Notes under the pieces: model-generated
Databases searched by the model: none
The model's input: only the letters and a program-made list of their open reading frames with translations
Told to the model about the DNA's origin: nothing
From: a virus
Lineage: Duplodnaviria; Caudoviricetes
DNA length: 64,000 bases
Strand: one strand, 5' to 3'
IMG/VR virus record: IMGVR_UViG_3300017700_000931
Span: 32,001 to 96,000 of that record
Shown here: positions 19,344-26,495 of the stretch, in pieces
Numbering within the stretch: the first letter of the stretch is position 1
Layout: each line of letters opens with the position of its first letter
Program-made: the position numbers and the translations under genes

Positions 19344-19790
19344 TTATTTTGCTAAGCTCCTTACCGCAACTAACAATTCAGTCATTGAATGTACTTGTCT
19401 GACACCATACCTTGTAGCTACAATATCTACATTACCTTTTCTCCAAAAACCCTCTGGACAATACAATATCATCTTACCGCTGGCAGCATAAAGACCAAGC
19501 TCTAATAATGAAATAGGACTTTTTGTGTTCTCATCAAAATACATGAGAATAATATCAGATTTATCAAGATGGTCCAATTCCCATTCTACTTGTTCTCTGA
19601 ATTGTGGGTTATGAATAGATTGTTCCCAAGAACTATCCCAATTGTCTCTACGTGGATTAAAAATTATAACATTATAATCCTTTAGTTCTTCTTCAATTTT
19701 AGATTGCCAGTCTTCAGCAACACCCATTTCAATTGACCCAGCTAAAAATATGGATATTTTTCTAAACGGTGGTTTAATTACTTCTGCCAT
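19344..19790 (-). CDS. nucleoside 2-deoxyribosyltransferase-like protein
   Basis: IFLAGSI..WQ..FNPRR..QVEWE..SPISLLELG. Confidence 0.8.
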   Translation of the reverse strand: MAEVIKPPFRKISIFLAGSIEMGVAEDWQSKIEEELKDYNVIIFNPRRDNWDSSWEQSIHNPQFREQVEWELDHLDKSDIILMYFDENTKSPISLLELGLYAASGKMILYCPEGFWRKGNVDIVATRYGVRQVHSMTELLVAVRSLAK

Positions 19791-20227
19791 TATTTTAATT
19801 TATTTGAATCAAATTCATCATAAACTAACTTAGTTTTACTTTCTTGAATTTTACCATTCTGAACATAATAACGAGAAGGTGGGTCACCAAATCCTTGGTC
19901 CCAAGTAATATCTAATTGAAATAAAGCCGTTGGGTGTGATTTCGAAAAAATAATTAAATCTTCTTTTATATTACCACTTCCGGTTTCATTAACCCCACCT
20001 GAATTATTTATTAAATAATCTGCTGATGCACTCTCTGCTCTAAATAATTTAATAATATCTTTGACTTCAACTTCTTGCGATGATTTTCCTAACATATTAC
20101 CACACTTAGAACAATAAACTGCGTCTAATGGATAATGTGTCATGCAATTTCTACACTGCATGGATGGTTCGCTAGATAAAATTGATGGTTTTAAAACCAT
20201 CAATTTATGTTTATTATGGTAACTCAT
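19790..20227 (-). CDS. zinc-ribbon hypothetical protein
   Basis: CxxC..CxxC. Confidence 0.55.
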   Translation of the reverse strand: MSYHNKHKLMVLKPSILSSEPSMQCRNCMTHYPLDAVYCSKCGNMLGKSSQEVEVKDIIKLFRAESASADYLINNSGGVNETGSGNIKEDLIIFSKSHPTALFQLDITWDQGFGDPPSRYYVQNGKIQESKTKLVYDEFDSNKLK

Positions 20228-21147
20228 TATTTCGTTTTTATTTCTGTAACAATTCCACTTAAATTAATATGAGAATTTAGTTTTACCCAATTAACAATGT
20301 CATTTGACATGACTGGTTTACCACCATCAGCAACATTTACTGCTAATGTAATGTGTGGTATTGCATTAGTACTTGGGTATCCAATCACTTTAACAGCAAT
20401 TACCTTATCAGTCATACCAATTTCAGTAGCCATTAAATTAACTTTCTTACCATTATCTTCCTTCATTTCGTCTGGAAGACCCTTTCCAAATATAATTGTC
20501 ATGTGGTGAGCAATTGGCTCCCAATCTTTAGGTATTTTATTAGCTAAAGCAGTGAATAATTTGCTTCTGGAAGCATCATCTAAAACAACCGCAGAAAATA
20601 AAATCTTAGGTTTATTTTTGAACATAGGTTTTGCTTTAATCACCTTTTCAAGTGTTAAAGGACCAATAGAATTCATTGACTCAATCATCATTTCAATCTT
20701 ATCTAATGGAACACCATGGGTATTTCTTTCAGCTAATTCCTCAGCCAATAATCCGGCAGTACCGACCTCAACAAATTCAATGTTTTCATCAGCATAACCA
20801 AGCTTTAAAGCAAACTCAACCAAATCTTTTGGCTCATTGGCTTTAATATTTGTGTTATCAATAATAACTGGGGAAATATCAGCTACCATAGAAGCCTTAG
20901 CGTTTTTATTGTTTTCGCTATGTACTTTATGTAGTGGTGAAAAATCTTTGGCTTCAATCATATCAGCAAAAAACTTATTGTAGTCATGTTTTGACTCAAT
21001 AATATCATCCGCTGAATGAATCACACCATTTTTAACAAGCCTTTTAGCTGCGGTAGATTTTCCAGAACCCGGAATACCACGCATAATAACCAACACATTG
21101 TTTGGTTTAGTAACTTCTATACCTAATGAATTTTTCATGATTAACAA
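20227..21147 (-). CDS. polynucleotide kinase-like (AAA_33) fused to 2H phosphoesterase
   Basis: GIPGSGKS, IIDNTN, RNTHGVP; HHMTI and HITL. Confidence 0.8.
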   Translation of the reverse strand: MLIMKNSLGIEVTKPNNVLVIMRGIPGSGKSTAAKRLVKNGVIHSADDIIESKHDYNKFFADMIEAKDFSPLHKVHSENNKNAKASMVADISPVIIDNTNIKANEPKDLVEFALKLGYADENIEFVEVGTAGLLAEELAERNTHGVPLDKIEMMIESMNSIGPLTLEKVIKAKPMFKNKPKILFSAVVLDDASRSKLFTALANKIPKDWEPIAHHMTIIFGKGLPDEMKEDNGKKVNLMATEIGMTDKVIAVKVIGYPSTNAIPHITLAVNVADGGKPVMSNDIVNWVKLNSHINLSGIVTEIKTK

Positions 21148-21350
21148 GAACCAAATTTATAAGACATGAACATACCATCACTATCACTCCAATTGAAGCC
21201 CAAATCATCCAGTCTTTTTATATCTTCTGGAGAAATACCATCCTTCGTGATTTCTTGATTGATATACATTACTTCATGTTCGCAATGTGTTGGGCAGTCA
21301 ATGTCTTTATATTTTTGAAATATTTGTAACGCTTCAATTAATTCTTTCAT
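21141..21350 (-). CDS. hypothetical protein
   Basis: ORF; TATCTTTG at 21355-21362. Confidence 0.6.
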   Translation of the reverse strand: MKELIEALQIFQKYKDIDCPTHCEHEVMYINQEITKDGISPEDIKRLDDLGFNWSDSDGMFMSYKFGSC

Positions 21351-21390
21351 GAAGCAAAGATAGGAATAATTATTTAATTCACCAAATTTT

Positions 21391-22014
21391 TTAGTAAGTA
21401 AATTCGTCTAACATGATATATGGTTTATCCATAGCATTTAAAGCAATCTCAACTTCTTTAAGACACTCATGGATATGTCCCCCACATAATACTATATTTG
21501 AATAATTTGACATTTCATCCATTAAATCTGGAATGTGTAATGCATCGTCAGAAAATTCAACTAACGCTCTAATATCTTCATCACCATACTTATCAATGAA
21601 ACCATCCCAAAATTCTTCACCGAGGTCCCTAGAATCATTAACACCCTCAGCAATCATATATTTCACCAAATTAACGATTTTATCTTCGTCAATACCTTGG
21701 TCCATACAATACCTGAAGAAAGCATAACCCTTATCGTAATAGTGTGCATTAAAAGCTATATCTTCATCTAACCCTTGTTCGTACCACCAATTTTTATAAT
21801 CGTTCTCAGATATCATTCCTAATGTATCCGCACCATTATAAAGAAATGTTACCCTAGAAAGGAGTGGCATATTTTCATTGATAACATCAGCTAATTGAGA
21901 AGCCATTCTACCAAAACCACTTTGATATTCTGGTTGGATGTCAACGACTACTAAGTGCTTACCCGTAAGGTCCTCATTTAATACTTGTTCTAATATTGGT
22001 AATAATTTAATCAT
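21391..22014 (-). CDS. isochorismatase-like hypothetical protein
   Basis: LVVVDIQ near N-terminus; CGG..ECL. Confidence 0.5.
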   Translation of the reverse strand: MIKLLPILEQVLNEDLTGKHLVVVDIQPEYQSGFGRMASQLADVINENMPLLSRVTFLYNGADTLGMISENDYKNWWYEQGLDEDIAFNAHYYDKGYAFFRYCMDQGIDEDKIVNLVKYMIAEGVNDSRDLGEEFWDGFIDKYGDEDIRALVEFSDDALHIPDLMDEMSNYSNIVLCGGHIHECLKEVEIALNAMDKPYIMLDEFTY

Positions 22015-22889
22015 GAATAATAAGATTGATATACATCACTAGTTAAACCATAATCTATAATGATGATTCTATCTTGACCATCTCTTTTAACTAATCCAAA
22101 AGTACTAAGTTTTTTTAAATCACCAGCCGGAATGCCATAATTACCAATGTATTGAAATATACCATACATGAATTCATTTTCCCACATATCAGCATAAACT
22201 TCTTTATCAATATGCATTTTAAATGGTTGTTGGCCACGTCTACTATTGACATCTTCACCGTAATTATGTACCGCTGCAACAAATTGTTCAAATGAATAAC
22301 CAGTAACTCTTTTGAAATCACCCTTATTAACTTTTCTAGCTAATTCCATTTCAATCCACAAATCATTTTGGTCATATTCAAATACACGAGCAACAATATC
22401 TTCCAAATCGGAATAATTGCTATAACTAGCTTCAACTTCATTTTGGGCTAACCCTTTTTTATTCTTGGCTAATTTAAGTACCTTTTCATCATCTACTTTA
22501 AAAACAATTCTGGAACTACCGGATGAGATTCTTTGTAAATTTTGTTGACAATACTTGATTCTTTGGTTGAATGATTTTAATGTTTTGAATTCATCAATAT
22601 TAAAATTTGATGGGTACTCTTCATCAACCATCATATTTTCTATGATATTAAAGGTTAATGACTCAGTATTTTGTGTTTCTTCGAGTTTTTTAATGATTCT
22701 CATTTTTAGAGCTGGTTTACCATTAATATGTAAGTCACCCTTATCTTCATCCCAATCAATATCCTTAACAACAACTTTTTTGTTTTTGAATTTACCCATT
22801 AGAATTGTATCACCAACTTCAATTGGTAACTCAATTACTTCCGATAACTTTTGTTTTAGTATTTTTTTTATGATGTCCTTCATAATCAT
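22011..22889 (-). CDS. hypothetical protein with kinase-like C-terminal region
   Basis: GSSRIVF..VLKLAK..EME..IIDYGL. Confidence 0.55.
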   Translation of the reverse strand: MIMKDIIKKILKQKLSEVIELPIEVGDTILMGKFKNKKVVVKDIDWDEDKGDLHINGKPALKMRIIKKLEETQNTESLTFNIIENMMVDEEYPSNFNIDEFKTLKSFNQRIKYCQQNLQRISSGSSRIVFKVDDEKVLKLAKNKKGLAQNEVEASYSNYSDLEDIVARVFEYDQNDLWIEMELARKVNKGDFKRVTGYSFEQFVAAVHNYGEDVNSRRGQQPFKMHIDKEVYADMWENEFMYGIFQYIGNYGIPAGDLKKLSTFGLVKRDGQDRIIIIDYGLTSDVYQSYYS

Positions 22890-22932
22890 AAATATTTGCT
22901 AGTTATGAAAAGACGTATTGGTAATTTTATTG

Positions 22933-23019
22933 CGGAAGAAGTAGGTCTCGAACCCAATGCGATTTTCACGCACCAATGGATTAGCAATCCACGCTCACAC
23001 CCCGATGAGTCCATCTTCC
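22933..23019 (-). tRNA. tRNA-Ser(GCU)
   Basis: GTGGA-TTGCTAA-TCCAT; long variable arm; G73. Confidence 0.85.
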
Positions 23020-23081
23020 ATTTATAACCACTATTATAATAGGTGGTTAGTCTTTTTATGACTAACCGAATATTTATTAGT

Positions 23082-23489
23082 ATGGAAACTAAAATATGCC
23101 CTACTTGTAATATCGATAAATCAATCGATGAATACTATTCACAAAATGATAGACCAAATGGTCAATCGTCTTGTAAAAAATGTTTTAATATTTATTGTAG
23201 TGAACGATGGATAAAGACTAAAATTAAAGCGATAGAATATAAAGGTTCTAAATGTCTTGATTGTACCCATTCATATCCTAATCAACCTTATGTTATTTTT
23301 GATTTTCACCATAGAGACCCATCAAAAAAAGATGCTGATTGGAACAAATTAAAAAAACGTTCTTGGAATAAGATTACTCAAGAACTTGATAAATGTGATT
23401 TACTTTGTTCAAATTGCCACCGTATTAGGCATCACAATATTAAATTAACAGTACCCCTATCAGGACTCGAACCTGAACTAAATGCTTAG
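23082..23489 (+). mobile_element. HNH homing endonuclease inserted in the tRNA array
   Basis: Zn CxxC pairs, FDFHHRDP..CDLLCSNCHRIRH; opposite strand; 3' end overlaps tRNA-Arg antisense. Confidence 0.85.
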
Positions 23490-23523
23490 AAGGCATTTGT
23501 GCTATCCATTACACCATAGAGGC
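23452..23523 (-). tRNA. tRNA-Arg(UCU)
   Basis: AATGC-CTTCTAA-GCATT. Confidence 0.9.
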
Positions 23524-23530
23524 AAATTTG

Positions 23531-23602
23531 TGACCCCGACAGGATTCGAACCTGTGACCGTCGGTTTAGAAAACCGATGTTCTTCCGCTGAACTACGGGG
23601 CC
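23531..23602 (-). tRNA. tRNA-Arg(UCU)
   Basis: TCGGT-TTTCTAA-ACCGA. Confidence 0.85.
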
Positions 23603-23612
23603 AATAATTTTG

Positions 23613-23685
23613 TAGTTCCCAAGAGATTCGAACTCTTACTTCAACGTTCGTAGCGTTGGGTGCTATCCAGTTACACCAAGGAACC
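23613..23685 (-). tRNA. tRNA-Arg(ACG)
   Basis: CAACG-CTACGAA-CGTTG. Confidence 0.9.
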
Positions 23686-23695
23686 ATTTATTTGG

Positions 23696-23772
23696 TACAG
23701 ATGATAGGATTCGAACCTACATTGCGCTCCGTTACAGCTTCTAGTTTCGAAGACTAGGCTGGCTACATCTGT
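23696..23772 (-). tRNA. D-armless tRNA-Arg(UCG)-like
   Basis: Acceptor ACAGATG/CATCTGT, CTAGT-CTTCGAA-ACTAG, canonical T arm, no D arm. Confidence 0.65.
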
Positions 23773-23773
23773 A

Positions 23774-24007
23774 TTAAAATATCATTCTTTTCCTCACAAT
23801 TAAATCATGGTCATTATATGATTTAAAATCCCATCTAATTTTATCCACTTTTTGACCTTTTTCTAACCTCATTCCTTTTATTTTATTATTCTCACAAACA
23901 CTACCAATAAAATAACCAAACTTTCTAAGTATTGGATTGATGAGGACCTTTAACAAAGACCTATGATTAACAATTTTGTTATCTTTATAAAGTATTCCCA
24001 ATTTCAT
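23774..24007 (-). CDS. hypothetical protein inside tRNA cluster
   Basis: 77-aa ORF filling gap. Confidence 0.6.
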   Translation of the reverse strand: MKLGILYKDNKIVNHRSLLKVLINPILRKFGYFIGSVCENNKIKGMRLEKGQKVDKIRWDFKSYNDHDLIVRKRMIF

Positions 24008-24008
24008 G

Positions 24009-24080
24009 TGACTCCGACAGGAATCGAACCTGTATCAAAAGTTTAGGAAACTTCTATTCTATCCGTTGAACTACGGAGCC
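24009..24080 (-). tRNA. tRNA-Arg(CCU)
   Basis: GAAGT-TTCCTAA-ACTTT. Confidence 0.9.
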
Positions 24081-24118
24081 ATTATCATTAATAATAAATA
24101 CTCTATAAAAATCAAGAG

Positions 24119-24190
24119 TAGCGATATACAGAATCGAACTGTAATTTCAAGGATATGAGCCGAGTGTAATAACCACTATACGATATCGCC
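24119..24190 (-). tRNA. tRNA-Met(CAU), elongator-type (weak anticodon stem)
   Basis: CTCGG-CTCATAT-CCTTG. Confidence 0.7.
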
Positions 24191-24292
24191 ATGTAAAAGT
24201 AATTTAATTATTGGGAGGTGCCCGACTTCTCCTTTTTGTATGGGTCTTTGTCAAATGAGCCAAATTTCAAACTCAACAATAAATTACTTTTG

Positions 24293-24380
24293 CTACTGGG
24301 GTGGGATTCGAACCCACGGTGGAGAATTAACTCGTCAGATTAACAGTCTGATGCATTCGGCCAACTATGCGAACCCAGTA
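24293..24380 (-). tRNA. tRNA-Asn(GUU) with long variable arm
   Basis: TCAGA-CTGTTAA-TCTGA; G73; variable hairpin GAG-TTAATT-CTC. Confidence 0.85.
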
Positions 24381-24390
24381 ATAAATATTG

Positions 24391-24463
24391 CTCTCCTACT
24401 TGGATTCGAACCAAGGACCCTTCGCTTAACAGGCGAACGCTCTAACCGCTGAGCTATAGAAGA
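24391..24463 (-). tRNA. tRNA-Asn(GUU)
   Basis: TTCGC-CTGTTAA-GCGAA; G73. Confidence 0.95.
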
Positions 24464-24544
24464 ATGTAAAATGGAGCTGAGATATTGGATTAATCGGTTT
24501 AATCCTACACCCACTTATTCAAAATATTCGTGGACTCCATTTTG

Positions 24545-24618
24545 TGGGCCTTGTTGGATTCGAACCAACCACCTACTGATTATGAGTCAGTTGCTCTAAC
24601 CGAATGAGCTAAAGGCCC
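24545..24618 (-). tRNA. tRNA-Ile2(CAU), lysidine type
   Basis: ACTGA-CTCATAA-TCAGT; GGGCCTT acceptor and D arm like ileX. Confidence 0.8.
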
Positions 24619-24623
24619 AATTT

Positions 24624-24710
24624 AAGAGTGGAGGATTCGAACCTCCGCAGGGTGCTACCCGTCCCACGACCTTCCTTTGGAATCGAACCAAACTTCAACC
24701 ATTGACTCTT
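24624..24710 (-). ncRNA. tRNA-like RNA with two T-arms
   Basis: TTTGG-TTCGATT-CCAAA and GGAGG-TTCGAAT-CCTCC within AAGAGT/ACTCTT closing stem. Confidence 0.55.
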
Positions 24711-24712
24711 AG

Positions 24713-24789
24713 TACTGACGATGGGATTCGAACCCACTTGTAACCTATTACCCTTTCAACAAGATATAAGCTTGAGGGGATACATCAGC
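24713..24789 (-). tRNA. D-armless tRNA-Ile(UAU)-like
   Basis: Acceptor GCTGATG/CGTCAGT, CAAG-CTTATAT-CTTG, canonical T arm, no D arm. Confidence 0.6.
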
Positions 24790-24919
24790 ATTTGTAGTTT
24801 TATGCCCTAGAGAAACTACAACTCCGTCTCATTTCCGGCTAACGTCTGGTACCATCTTTTAGCCTTATAATCGATACCACATAGTGTGCATGCAAGCAGA
24901 GGCATATGGTGACTTCGAG

Positions 24920-25003
24920 TTGTGTCGGTGGGAGTTGAACCCACTTTGAGGATATACCTCCCAGCTTATCAGGCTGGTGCCTAAACCGTCCGACCCCGAC
25001 ACA
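24920..25003 (-). tRNA. tRNA-Ile(GAU) with long variable arm
   Basis: CCAGC-CTGATAA-GCTGG; variable hairpin GAGG-TATAT-CCTC. Confidence 0.85.
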
Positions 25004-25064
25004 ATAATCTAATTCTAAGCTTCCGTTACCTGAACGGTCTATGAATTAGTAACAGTCTAGCTCG

Positions 25065-25136
25065 TTGTCTCGCCCAGACTCGAACTGGGAATACATCGGT
25101 ATCAGCGATGCGTGATAACCATTTCACCACGAGACA
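25065..25136 (-). tRNA. tRNA-Ile(GAU)
   Basis: CATCG-CTGATAC-CGATG. Confidence 0.85.
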
Positions 25137-25147
25137 ATTTAAATTAG

Positions 25148-25218
25148 ACGAAATGATGAGAGTCGAACTCATACCAACCCCTTCGCTGGGGCCGTTCTAG
25201 CCATTAAACTACATTTCT
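25148..25218 (-). tRNA. degenerate tRNA (anticodon ambiguous, CGA or GCG)
   Basis: Good D and T arms; irregular anticodon arm GGCCCCAGCGAAGGGGTT; A1:G72 mismatch. Confidence 0.5.
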
Positions 25219-25256
25219 ACTCTCCTTTACTAGTATTTCAGAGAGACTTGCAAGTG

Positions 25257-25328
25257 CGGACAGGGTCAGACTCGAACTGACATCCCCTCGCTTAACAGGC
25301 GAGTGTTTTACATTAGTACTACCTGTCC
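25257..25328 (-). tRNA. tRNA-Asn(GUU)
   Basis: CTCGC-CTGTTAA-GCGAG; G73. Confidence 0.85.
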
Positions 25329-25385
25329 ATAGGTAAAAGAGCCTTGCACTCTATTTGGAAGTCACATCTATGCTTCTAAGTCAAG

Positions 25386-25459
25386 GGTGACTGACGGGAA
25401 TCGAACCCGCATTAACAGGACCACAACCTGTCGTGTTAGACCATTACACTACAGTCACC
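25386..25459 (-). tRNA. tRNA-His(GUG)
   Basis: ACAGG-TTGTGGT-CCTGT; G-1:C73. Confidence 0.9.
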
Positions 25460-25469
25460 ATATATTTTG

Positions 25470-25557
25470 CGGATAGAAAGAGATTCGAACTCTTGCAACG
25501 ATTCAACGTTCTACTGCCTTTCCAAGACAGCCTCTTTAGCCACTTGAGTACCTATCC
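25470..25557 (-). tRNA. tRNA-Ser(GGA)
   Basis: CTGTC-TTGGAAA-GGCAG; long variable arm. Confidence 0.9.
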
Positions 25558-25563
25558 ATTTTG

Positions 25564-25645
25564 CGGAAGACAAAGTAATCGAAACCTGTACGATGTACGT
25601 ACCCCACGGGTTCAAGCCGTGTTTGCCACCTTGACGGTGCCTTCC
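25564..25645 (-). tRNA. tRNA-Ser(UGA), weak T stem
   Basis: CACGG-CTTGAAC-CCGTG; G73. Confidence 0.75.
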
Positions 25646-25652
25646 ATTTTTG

Positions 25653-25739
25653 CGGAGAGGGTGGGACTCGAACCCACACACCTCTAGGGCCTACGGTTTT
25701 CAAGACCGTTGCAGTTAGGCCAACTCTGCTTACCTCTCC
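25653..25739 (-). tRNA. tRNA-Ser(UGA)
   Basis: ACGGT-CTTGAAA-ACCGT; long variable arm. Confidence 0.9.
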
Positions 25740-25741
25740 AG

Positions 25742-25829
25742 TAGACATGTATGAGATTCGAACTCATGGTCCCTACACGGGACACCTGTTTCACACAGGC
25801 CGCTTTAAACCACTCAGCCAACATTATCT
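25742..25829 (-). tRNA. atypical tRNA-Ser(UGA)-like, G33, distorted 8-bp acceptor stem
   Basis: GCCTG-TGTGAAA-CAGGT; variable arm GTCCC-GTGTA-GGGAC; A73. Confidence 0.55.
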
Positions 25830-25830
25830 G

Positions 25831-25920
25831 CACACCCGTAGGGATTCGAACCCTCAGCCAATCGTAAGACTTCCGTAGAAACTGATTTGGAGCCAGCTGG
25901 TCACGCCAATGAGCGGGTGT
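25831..25920 (-). tRNA. tRNA-Trp(CCA) with 25-nt variable region
   Basis: GCTGG-CTCCAAA-TCAGT; G73; short D arm. Confidence 0.7.
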
Positions 25921-25930
25921 GTATAAATTG

Positions 25931-26009
25931 CACGGATGGAAGGAATCGAACCCTCTAGACTTTCGTCACGGTTTTGGAGACCGCTGTCCCACCATAGGAC
26001 ATCACCCGT
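25931..26009 (-). tRNA. tRNA-Trp(CCA) with variable-arm hairpin
   Basis: GCGGT-CTCCAAA-ACCGT; GAC-GAAA-GTC; G73. Confidence 0.85.
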
Positions 26010-26065
26010 GTATTACCAATACGTCAAAGAACTATTGAATCTACATTTAGATTCACATTTTGTTG

Positions 26066-26137
26066 GGTGTAAGGACGGTACCGACCCGTCTTCTCTAGGT
26101 TCACAGCCTAGCACTTCACCTTAAAGCTTCAAACACC
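26066..26137 (-). tRNA. tRNA-His(GUG), atypical T-loop
   Basis: CTAGG-CTGTGAA-CCTAG; G-1:C73; T-loop GTCGGTA. Confidence 0.7.
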
Positions 26138-26308
26138 ATTTATCTTAACAAATATAATCATGTTTCCATGTTCCTTTTTAAAAACCAGCTCACCATGATA
26201 TCCGGTGGCAATAGCTATTATTGTATATTTGTCAATTATCTTATCGAAATTTTTTTTAAAGTATTCCAACTTTTCACTCCCTAACTTTCTCACTAAATCC
26301 TCTTCCAT
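26129..26308 (-). CDS. hypothetical protein, first gene after attenuator 2
   Basis: ATG at 26308 (MEEDLVRK...). Confidence 0.55.
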   Translation of the reverse strand: MEEDLVRKLGSEKLEYFKKNFDKIIDKYTIIAIATGYHGELVFKKEHGNMIIFVKINGV

Positions 26309-26327
26309 AACCAAAAATTTTAAGCAC

Positions 26328-26356
26328 AAAAAAAGCTCGACCTTGTGAGTCGAGCT
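26328..26356 (-). terminator. intrinsic terminator of attenuator 2
   Basis: AGCTCGAC-TCACAAG-GTCGAGCT followed by U-run. Confidence 0.85.
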
Positions 26357-26384
26357 AAATCCTTATTACCTATATCTTGTTACA

Positions 26385-26477
26385 TTATGATACTTTGGTT
26401 ATGGACATACCCGACTCGGTTGAAGAATTACGTCTCCAATTACTAATCGAAATCATATGTATGTGCATTGTCATCAT
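26385..26477 (-). CDS. leader peptide 2 (MMTMHIHMISISNWRRNSSTESGMSITKVS)
   Basis: 30 codons; 18 of first 19 are Met/His/Ile/Ser/Asn/Trp/Arg; GAGTCGGGT (26409-26417) pairs with terminator 5' strand. Confidence 0.85.
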   Translation of the reverse strand: MMTMHIHMISISNWRRNSSTESGMSITKVS

Positions 26478-26495
26478 TTTGTAAAAATTGTTTTG

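Noticed and set aside
25742-25829. Selenocysteine tRNA
   Set aside because: The anticodon reads TGA, not TCA, and no sel genes are in the window.
23502-26124. Small minus-strand ORFs at 23502, 24240, 25536 and plus-strand ORFs at 25433, 25936
   Set aside because: They overlap tRNA genes and are artefacts.
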